DNA of 64,000 nucleotides from Puniceicoccales bacterium (GTDB lineage Bacteria; Verrucomicrobiota; Verrucomicrobiia; Opitutales; UBA9783): NCBI GenBank assembly GCA_031266455.1, contig JAISBA010000002.1, positions 1,937 to 65,936 of the forward strand, read 5' to 3'. Shown piece by piece: positions 56,734 to 64,000 of this stretch (position 1 is its first letter; each line of letters starts with the position of its first letter). The notes under the pieces were generated by a model. It saw only the letters and a program-made list of their open reading frames with translations, ran no database searches and was not told where the DNA came from. The position numbers and the translations under genes were made by a program.

Positions 56734-57507
56734 ATGAGTGAGTTACTGTCCATAAAAACAAGAGAAATTTGTACCTATATCGATCATTTGCTATCCGTTA
56801 CTTCCATTAAAGATTTTCCGAATGCTTACAATGGATTGCAGGTAGACAATGAAGGCGAGGTAACACGTTTGGGAGGTGCCGTGGACGCAAGCCCCGAGAG
56901 CTTACGCTTAACCATTCAAAATCAAGTTGATTTTTTGTGCGTACATCACGGGTTATACGGATTTGGGAACAGGCCCCTCGTTGGCAATTACGGCCAGTTC
57001 TATAAAACCTGCTTTGACCATCATGTTGCCATTTACAGCGTTCACTTGCCTTTGGACATGCATCCCATCTTTGGGCACAATGCGAGCCTATCGCGCCTGC
57101 TGCATTTAACCAACATAGATACGTTTGCATACTTTGAAGGGCAACCCGTAGGCATTGTGGCAAGGACAGAAAAATCAAGGCAGCAATTGAAGCAGGATTT
57201 AAAAAATTTATTTCCGCATTCCTTGCATAGCCTAGAATTCGGTCCGCCCTTACCCCAAAGAATAGGGATTGTAAGCGGTAGTGGAGGCCAAGGCCTCTTG
57301 GAGGAAATGCAAAAATATTCCATTGATACACTGATTACCGGAGAGGTCCGTTACGCCGCATTCACTTTTGCACAGTTTTACAATTTAAATATCTACGCAT
57401 GCGGCCACTACGCAACGGAAGTTTTTGGCATCAAAAATCTTCTTGCGGCCGTATCAAAGCAATTCAATTTACCGTATGCCTTCATTGATGTTGCGAGCGA
57501 TCTTTAA
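56734..57507 (+). CDS. Nif3-like dinuclear metal center protein
   Basis: D..AYNGLQV, FLCVHHGL, SVHLPLD and ACGHYATE motifs. The start is at the internal ATG just after the proS stop. Confidence 0.8.
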   Translation: MSELLSIKTREICTYIDHLLSVTSIKDFPNAYNGLQVDNEGEVTRLGGAVDASPESLRLTIQNQVDFLCVHHGLYGFGNRPLVGNYGQFYKTCFDHHVAIYSVHLPLDMHPIFGHNASLSRLLHLTNIDTFAYFEGQPVGIVARTEKSRQQLKQDLKNLFPHSLHSLEFGPPLPQRIGIVSGSGGQGLLEEMQKYSIDTLITGEVRYAAFTFAQFYNLNIYACGHYATEVFGIKNLLAAVSKQFNLPYAFIDVASDL

Positions 57508-57848
57508 ACAAATAAGTTCGCTTCATTAATGTATAATTGTATGTGCTTGAAATTCATATAAAATGATATCATTGGAATCACACACAAAAATCGTTTTAGG
57601 CCAAAGCAAATATCATTTTTACGAAAGCCTCTGTTTGGAAATGTAAGTTTTGCATGCCGGTAGGTAGCGTTGCATATCATACGGGAAAATCATTTTTACA
57701 AACAAAATCTCCAGTCGTTATATTCGAAAACGGTGGATAAAACCTTTCGTAAAAACGAAAAACCGTTATCTTTTCCTCAAAATCACGAAAACTTGTGTTA
57801 GCAATGATGCTTTTTCAACATTAATGCATTGAATTCCGTTTTATTTCA

Positions 57849-57876
57849 TTGTTAAAAAACTTTTTTTGTCTATAAT
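57849..57876 (+). promoter_or_regulatory. candidate sigma70-type promoter for the small HTH gene
   Basis: TTGTTA, a 16-nt spacer, then TATAAT, ending 34 nt upstream of the ATG at 57910. This is a consensus match only. Confidence 0.3.
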
Positions 57877-57909
57877 ATCATTTATAATCATAGGCCATAA
57901 AAATACTCT

Positions 57910-58206
57910 ATGGATGAACAAACAAGTTACAGCTTTTTTGAATCTTTACTGCCGGATTCCAAACAATGGTATAGTGCTAAGGAGGCAGCGGCTATTTTCG
58001 GGAAGAGTGATCAATACATACGCGACTGTTTTGATAATCAAAAAATTTTAGGACATGCCTTTAATGGAAAGGCAAAAAAAGGAAAAGAAAAAAGAAAATC
58101 TTATCAGATTTCCAGAAGAAGTTTGGTGCTTTTTTTAATGGAAACCGCCAATTACGATGCGCAAGATTTTCTAGCTCGCATAAGAAAAGCACAAAGAGGA
58201 TTATAG
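57910..58206 (+). CDS. small helix-turn-helix protein (excisionase/MerR-like HTH)
   Basis: The 98-aa protein contains YSAKEAAAIFGKSDQYIRDCFDNQKI, which resembles excisionase-type HTH sequences, followed by a Lys-rich tract. Confidence 0.45.
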   Translation: MDEQTSYSFFESLLPDSKQWYSAKEAAAIFGKSDQYIRDCFDNQKILGHAFNGKAKKGKEKRKSYQISRRSLVLFLMETANYDAQDFLARIRKAQRGL

Positions 58207-58253
58207 CTGTAAGCTTGACTTAAAATAAAAGATGTAGGCAATATTTAGCGCAT

Positions 58254-58868
58254 ATGTATTATTCGTTGCATAACTTGTCTTATCATTACAATGGTCTGGA
58301 ACCATTCATAGAGGAACAAACGGTAAAATTACATCACGATGCCCATCATTTGGGCTATATCAAAAAGTTAAATGCTGCATTGGAAAGTGTCCAGTACAAG
58401 GAAATACCTTTGCCCGATCTATTAAGAAATTTGCGAGAAGTCCCCGCGTCGATACGTCAAGTGGTACGGGATAACGCGGGTGGTTTTTACAATCATAATT
58501 TGTATTGGGAGGCGTTGGTAGCCAAAGAGCAGAGTATACCCGAAAAATTAGGCAAAGCCCTCAATGAGCGTTTTGAAAATTTTAAGAACGAGTTCATTGA
58601 ATGTAGTCTATCTTGGGTTGGAAGCGGTTGGACGTGGTTATATCTGAATGCGCAAAAGAATTTACAAATAGGCGTAACGATTAATCACGACAATCCTCTT
58701 ATGGAATACTGCCCATTGCAAGGAACTCCACTCCTAACGCTCGACTTATGGGAACATGCGTATTACCTACAATACAAGAATGATAAAAAGACTTACTTTA
58801 ATGCTTTTTTTAACCACATTTCCTGGACCTACGTTGAACAGTTATATTTACAGGCCAAGCAGAAGTAA
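58254..58868 (+). CDS. Fe/Mn superoxide dismutase
   Basis: LHHDAHHLGYIKKLN and DLWEHAYYLQYKN metal-ligand motifs. Confidence 0.92.
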   Translation: MYYSLHNLSYHYNGLEPFIEEQTVKLHHDAHHLGYIKKLNAALESVQYKEIPLPDLLRNLREVPASIRQVVRDNAGGFYNHNLYWEALVAKEQSIPEKLGKALNERFENFKNEFIECSLSWVGSGWTWLYLNAQKNLQIGVTINHDNPLMEYCPLQGTPLLTLDLWEHAYYLQYKNDKKTYFNAFFNHISWTYVEQLYLQAKQK

Positions 58869-59204
58869 TTTTATAACATAGCAGCGGATCCGTAATTTCT
58901 TAAATAGGAAGCGTGTGGTAGTTTTTGCATAAAAGGCATAAAATTCAGCGGGCATTTAAAAATATTTTAAAAACGTTTGGCTTGTACAAATGTACCGTAC
59001 GAACGACGTAGAGGCAACTGACCCATTTTAAAATAATCCGGTTCGCAAGCGTTTGAATCGTGTAACTATGGACCCCCTCTTTAGGCAAATGAGTGGTGGC
59101 CACGTATATCGTGAGGGAATAGGATTGATGTTGTCTATTTTCGTGGAGAATCTTTCTATAAGCTTGCATTTTATTTAGAAACACCCTACCTTTTCGACAT
59201 TGCC

Positions 59205-61061
59205 ATGGATAAAGAAGTAATCGATTTAATTCTGGAACAAAATCCTCAACTGAGATCCAAACGTCAAGCTTTTGAAGCACTCAAACCGGGAGCTTACTGT
59301 TGGCATCACAGCTGGGGGGTGGGTTGCATAAAATGTTATGATGCAGTCCGTAATCGCATGATGATTGATTTTGAAAATCAAGATGAAAGTCGTGCCATGG
59401 ATCCTATTTTTTGCATCCAAAAATTGAATTTTGTCGATGAAAATCATGTGCTGGTAGAAACGCGAAAACAGCCGGAAGAAATTCGTACACTCGCAACAAA
59501 ATGTCCGTGCGACTTGGTCATTCGGGTATTGAAAACTTGTCAGAATTTTTCCGCCTCAAAGTTAGAATTGAAATGGTTGCTCATGCATGTCTTGTCGCCC
59601 ATCTTTACGGAAAGCCAATTTAAAAAGTGGTGGGGACAAGTTCAAAAGGCAATGATAAAGGATCCGCGTATTGCAGTTCCCAAGAAAAATGACAATTTAT
59701 ATCAACTGCGAGAGGAGCCTATTTTACCAGAACAAGAAATTTTGGAGGAATTTTATTTAACGCGCAGACCCTTGGAAAAGATTGCTTTGGGTGCAAAATT
59801 ATACCAATTGGCGGACAGTATAGATGTCATTCGTAACGATTTACCTCAAATTTTGGGTGATTTGACGAAAGCAATTCAACACGCCAGGCAGTTAACGCAG
59901 GCAGAACGTTTGGAAGGATGTTGGGTGAGAAATGATTTAGCACGCTATTTGCGAGAAAATGTCGAAGATTTGCAACCCACGTCGCAATCTATTATTTTAG
60001 AGACAGAAAATTTATCCGAGTTGGCGGCCGCTTTGCCGTACGTCTATTATCCTCGTTTTTTAGATTTGCTGACGCGTACGTATACACGACCTGAAGAGTG
60101 GAAACATATTATTCTACAGCTACTGAGATACAGTAGCGGTCGTTTGATGGCAGAATGCATTAACTTTTTATTGGAAAGGGAATGTGAGCCTTTGCTGAAG
60201 GAAACTTTGGCAAAATGGCTACAGGAACAGTCTCTAAAAAGCCCAGTACTTATTTGGATCATCAAACACCGCTCAATGCCTCGTTACCACAACTTATTAT
60301 CAGGTCTACTTACCCCACGTTTGCTGGGTGCGATATTTCAGGCTACCGACTGCGATGCATTGAATATCAATCCGGGACGTCGTATACCGTTAGCCGAAGC
60401 CGTCAACGAAGATCACGAGTTAATTGCCGCACTATTGCAAGGGACTCAGGTAAATTTGGCGAGAGATTTGGCTCACAATTTACTCCTGAATCAAGGGTTT
60501 GACACTTTGAAGAAACGCTCCCTGATGGCTCGTTTTATTCGTGTTTTCCCAGAATTGCAAAGCTTAACCGAAACGAAGGAAAGCGTAATGCGGGAAGAGC
60601 GTTTGTTGGTATCGCAAGAAAGTTTAGATGCAATTCGCAAAGAGTATGAATTGTTAATTACGGAAAAAATTCCCTCCAATAAAGCGGCCATTGCAGCCGC
60701 TCGCGAACTGGGAGATTTGCGCGAAAATTCTGAATACAAGATGGCGCGCCAAGATCAAGAGGTGCTGTTGGCACGTAAATTGCAAATCGAAAAAGATTTG
60801 TCCCGAGCGCAGGTGATTAGTTTCGACGACATAGGCCTAGACAAAGTGGGCATCGGTACGGTTGTTACCTTGTCAGATTCAAAAGGTAAAGATATAAAAT
60901 ATACAATCTTGGGTGCCTGGGATGGCGATCCAAAGAAAAATATATTGTCTTATCAGACACCGAGAGCCGTTCAATTGCTGGGTAAGTCGATTGGCGATGC
61001 GGTAGAATTCCCTGCCGAACAAAAATTATATATTCGTGATATTGCACGTTGGACTAAGTAG
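59205..61061 (+). CDS. greA: GreA-family transcript cleavage factor with ~466-aa N-terminal extension
   Basis: The last ~152 aa carry GreA motifs (ARELGDLRENSEYKMARQDQ, SYQTPRAVQLLGKSIGDAVEF). The long N-terminal extension is the form known from Chlamydiae GreA. Confidence 0.85.
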   Translation: MDKEVIDLILEQNPQLRSKRQAFEALKPGAYCWHHSWGVGCIKCYDAVRNRMMIDFENQDESRAMDPIFCIQKLNFVDENHVLVETRKQPEEIRTLATKCPCDLVIRVLKTCQNFSASKLELKWLLMHVLSPIFTESQFKKWWGQVQKAMIKDPRIAVPKKNDNLYQLREEPILPEQEILEEFYLTRRPLEKIALGAKLYQLADSIDVIRNDLPQILGDLTKAIQHARQLTQAERLEGCWVRNDLARYLRENVEDLQPTSQSIILETENLSELAAALPYVYYPRFLDLLTRTYTRPEEWKHIILQLLRYSSGRLMAECINFLLERECEPLLKETLAKWLQEQSLKSPVLIWIIKHRSMPRYHNLLSGLLTPRLLGAIFQATDCDALNINPGRRIPLAEAVNEDHELIAALLQGTQVNLARDLAHNLLLNQGFDTLKKRSLMARFIRVFPELQSLTETKESVMREERLLVSQESLDAIRKEYELLITEKIPSNKAAIAAARELGDLRENSEYKMARQDQEVLLARKLQIEKDLSRAQVISFDDIGLDKVGIGTVVTLSDSKGKDIKYTILGAWDGDPKKNILSYQTPRAVQLLGKSIGDAVEFPAEQKLYIRDIARWTK

Positions 61062-61070
61062 TTCGCCCCT

Positions 61071-63314
61071 ATGCAGTTTCCTTCATTTGAGACACAGGTA
61101 CCTTTGCAGAATGTTCCCGAAGGCAATGTATCTCTAAAGGGAGTATTGAAGCGCATCCTGTTTTCAAATCAGGAGAATGGGTATACGGTAGGATTGCTTT
61201 ATTTAAATGAAAAAAAAGAAACTATTACCATTACGGGAAGTTTTCCATCGATTCAATGTGGGGAAACCTTGGTGGTTAAAGGTTCGTGGGTAGAACATTC
61301 TCAGTATGGAAAACAATTTCAATGCATTCAATTTGAATCACAGCTGCCTTCGGATGTTCACGGCATTCGTCAGTATTTGAGCAGTGGTCTGATTCACGGT
61401 ATTGGTAAAATCTATGCGGGTAAAATTGTTGATTTTTTTGGGACGCAAACGTTCGAAGTCTTAGGGGGTGCTTGGGTACGTTTAATGGATATTCCAGGTA
61501 TTGGAGCCAAGCGTGCTCAGAGTATAAAAAAAGCTTGGGATGAACAGAAAATCATTCGGGGTACTATGATTTTTTTACAGACCTACGGATTTACCAATAT
61601 GCAGTGTTTACGTTTATTTCAACACTATGGAGCCGATACGCAGGCCGTTGTTAAAAAAAATCCGTACGTCATTGCTCAAACGATCGAAGGCATAGGATTT
61701 AAATCGGCCGATAAAATTGCTTTAAATTTTGGGCTCGCCAACGATGCCGCGTTTCGTCTGGATGCAGGTATCGATTATATTTTTTCGGAAGCCGAGGGCG
61801 ATGGCAACACGGGATGCAGGAAAGAATGCTTAGTTCGAAAGGCGTCGACGTTATTGGATGTGCCTACGGGTAAAGTGGAAGAAAGACTTGAGGCGTTGTT
61901 GTCTGAAAATGTTTTATCGGAATATCCTGCCGCTCAACTGTTGCAAAGACCCCGCATGGCCATCGCAGAAGCCATCATTGCGAAGCACATTCGCCGCCTA
62001 TGGAAGTCCAAAGCATCTTTACCCGATATTCAATTGGATAAGGCTTTGCAGTGGTCTGAAGAGCGTCTTGGTATCGCATGGTCAGCAACGCAAAAGGACG
62101 CGCTACGCTCGATTCTAAAATCCAAACTTTCCATTTTAACGGGAGGACCGGGAACGGGGAAAACGACACTATTGCGAGCGCTTGTAGAGGTTTTGAACGC
62201 AAAACATGTACGCCTATGTTTAGCGGCCCCTACGGGTCGTGCTGCACAACGGATGACCGAAACAACGGGCCATGAAGCAAAGACGGTGCATCGTACTTTA
62301 AAATATGAACCTTCCATAGGACGTTTTTCCTACGACGAAAATAATTTGATGCCCATCGATTACCTTATTTTAGATGAAGCCAGCATGTTGGATGTCCCTT
62401 TGACGCAGGCTTTACTGCGTGCATTGCCCGATACAGCACACGTCTTATTGGTGGGCGATATTTATCAATTACCTTCCGTAGGTCCCGGCAACGTATTGAA
62501 CGACTTTTTGCAAAGTCCTTATTTTCATGTCGAATTTTTAAAAGAAATCTTTCGTCAGGGAGATAAAAGTTCCATTGTTTCGACAGCCCATGCCGTCTTA
62601 GCGGGCAACCGTGTACTGGAATCACCCATCCATTTACCCGATAGCGCGTTAGATTTAGAGAACGATTTCCATTTTATAGGCGTGGATACTCCCCATAATG
62701 CCCTCAATGTCTTAGAAAAGTTGTGCTGGGAGCAACTGCCTAAATATGCTTATGTGGATCCCATAAAAGACATTCAAGTACTGGTCCCTATGCATCGAGG
62801 ACAGTTGGGTATTGAGAATATCAATGCAATTTTTCAACAGAAACTGGGGATGCATCGGCCTACTTTAAAAGTAGGTGGACAAACGTTTGCGCTTGGTGAT
62901 AAAGTAATTCAATTGAAAAACAATTATGAAAAGAACATTTTCAACGGCGATTTGGGGATCATTAAGGATGTAAACTCGGAAGATGAAAATTTGCTCGTCC
63001 AATTTAACGGTGAAACCCAGGTGATGGAACGTATGGATTGCTTAGATTTAAAGTTAGCGTACGCCATTAGCATTCATAAATCGCAGGGGAGCGAGTTTCC
63101 TATCGTGGTCATTCCCCTCTTGACGCAGCATTTTGTGATGCTCAAGCGTAACTTATTGTATACAGCCTTAACACGAGGTCGTAAAAAAGTGTTTATTGTC
63201 GGAGATCCTAAAGCCTACAGCATTGCCGTGAGGATGCAAGATAGCACCCTGCGACAAACAACGTTAAAAGAGCGTTTACAAACCCAAGATTCGTCCGAAA
63301 AATATTCCGAATAA
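61071..63314 (+). CDS. recD2: ATP-dependent RecD2-like SF1 DNA helicase
   Basis: The 747-aa protein has an HhH region (IPGIGAKRAQSI), Walker A GGPGTGKTT, LILDEASMLD, LVGDIYQLPSVGPG, and the C-terminal YAISIHKSQGSEF / LLYTALTRGRKKV. Confidence 0.9.
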   Translation: MQFPSFETQVPLQNVPEGNVSLKGVLKRILFSNQENGYTVGLLYLNEKKETITITGSFPSIQCGETLVVKGSWVEHSQYGKQFQCIQFESQLPSDVHGIRQYLSSGLIHGIGKIYAGKIVDFFGTQTFEVLGGAWVRLMDIPGIGAKRAQSIKKAWDEQKIIRGTMIFLQTYGFTNMQCLRLFQHYGADTQAVVKKNPYVIAQTIEGIGFKSADKIALNFGLANDAAFRLDAGIDYIFSEAEGDGNTGCRKECLVRKASTLLDVPTGKVEERLEALLSENVLSEYPAAQLLQRPRMAIAEAIIAKHIRRLWKSKASLPDIQLDKALQWSEERLGIAWSATQKDALRSILKSKLSILTGGPGTGKTTLLRALVEVLNAKHVRLCLAAPTGRAAQRMTETTGHEAKTVHRTLKYEPSIGRFSYDENNLMPIDYLILDEASMLDVPLTQALLRALPDTAHVLLVGDIYQLPSVGPGNVLNDFLQSPYFHVEFLKEIFRQGDKSSIVSTAHAVLAGNRVLESPIHLPDSALDLENDFHFIGVDTPHNALNVLEKLCWEQLPKYAYVDPIKDIQVLVPMHRGQLGIENINAIFQQKLGMHRPTLKVGGQTFALGDKVIQLKNNYEKNIFNGDLGIIKDVNSEDENLLVQFNGETQVMERMDCLDLKLAYAISIHKSQGSEFPIVVIPLLTQHFVMLKRNLLYTALTRGRKKVFIVGDPKAYSIAVRMQDSTLRQTTLKERLQTQDSSEKYSE

Positions 63315-64000
63315 TGTTTGTATATCTAAATTGGAAAGGAATTTAACCTTAAGAAGGAAGACCCCATTTTTTCGGTGCGCGATTAGAATTACTTTGAGTG
63401 TAGAGGATTGCTCATTACATAGACCTCTGCAAAGGTTTTTGGATAGCTTCATGATATGTTCGAGATTATAGCTTTTCGAGAGGCAAGAGAACATCTGCAA
63501 ACAAAATTTGATTGAGGGTAGGATTAGCATGGATTGACCTATAAGGAGAGTGATGTTATCTGGAATTCAATTGGCCTGGCGTTATGCATTCCACTCACAC
63601 GTTGATCTGCAAAATTACATTATAGGAGTACAGTGGTAATGTACGGTTGGATAGGTTGTAAACGGAACAATGTAGTTTTCTCCCTAGATTCTCTAAGCGA
63701 AAGCCTAGTCCCTCACTTAGGAAATATGCATGTTGCTACAAACGATCCTGTCATGGATGCACGTTATGAGCAAGGACAATGGAGACATTTGCAAAGGTGT
63801 TTTCCAGTTACGCGATAGCTGGCGCTTATTGTTTTCCAATAGATTCATGGATAGATGTAAGGAATGAGACATGGACAAGGAAATGCATGCCTTAAATCGA
63901 GGTGCTGTACGCGCTATTGATCACCTGTATATTTTAGAGGCAAAGAGCAAGAGTATGAAATGTCTTCAATATCCAAATGGTGACTTTATATGTTTCTTGG

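Noticed and set aside
58945-59280. 111-aa minus-strand ORF between the SOD gene and greA
   Set aside because: It overlaps the greA start, has no recognisable motifs, and lies in a likely promoter / 5' UTR region. This is insufficient evidence for a gene.
63276-64000. Short ORFs after recD2 (63276-63530 minus, 63633-63818 plus) and a partial ORF starting at 63871 (MDKEMHALNRGAVRAIDHLYILEAK...)
   Set aside because: The first overlaps the recD2 3' end. None shows a recognisable family. The last is cut by the window edge after 43 codons, so it cannot be assessed.
1-64000. CRISPR arrays, IS elements or transposases, rRNA operons, prophage genes, toxin-antitoxin or other defence cassettes
   Set aside because: Scanning the sequence and the ORF translations, I found no regularly spaced direct repeats, transposase or integrase motifs, rRNA-like sequence or recognisable defence genes. 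The only dispersed repeat found is the 212-bp lipase-flank element.

Overview
This 64-kb window is a chromosomal segment with moderate GC (about 40% by eye, not computed) and dense coding on both strands. It most likely comes from a PVC-superphylum bacterium, probably an environmental member of the Chlamydiae. That placement is an inference from four observations: a GreA with a ~466-aa N-terminal extension, a Minf_1886-family protein, an archaeal-type ProRS, and non-flagellar type III secretion (T3SS) chaperone and translocator genes. Most of the window is recognisable housekeeping. The genes I can call are: tRNA-Pro, ruvC, asd, uppP, pyrimidine-nucleoside phosphorylase, rpmH-rnpA-yidD-yidC, yebC, an amidase, glgB, nrnA-truB-ribF, ruvX, secA, infC, accD, comF, rseP, an opp-like binding protein plus permease, a 5'-3' exonuclease, an MBL hydrolase, pntA, rarA, proS, nif3, SOD, greA, recD2 and several MFS transporters. 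Accessory content worth a second look falls into four groups. (1) An orphan T3SS translocator-type operon at 21448-25292, made of a 696-aa unknown protein, a SycD/LcrH-class chaperone and a YopB/CopB-like hydrophobic translocator. (2) A full-length paralog of the 696-aa protein at 33650-35647, preceded by a tightly coupled 122-aa ORF. (3) A 942-aa Gly/Pro-rich protein containing a ~241-aa internal tandem duplication at 8269-11097. (4) A tandem pair of signal-peptide class-3-lipase-like genes at 47219-51215. One lipase copy carries a single in-frame TGG->TAG change, and each copy is followed by a 212-bp non-coding element that is more conserved than the coding sequence. I saw no CRISPR array, IS element or rRNA. 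All family assignments rest on motif recognition by eye, and no database search was run.
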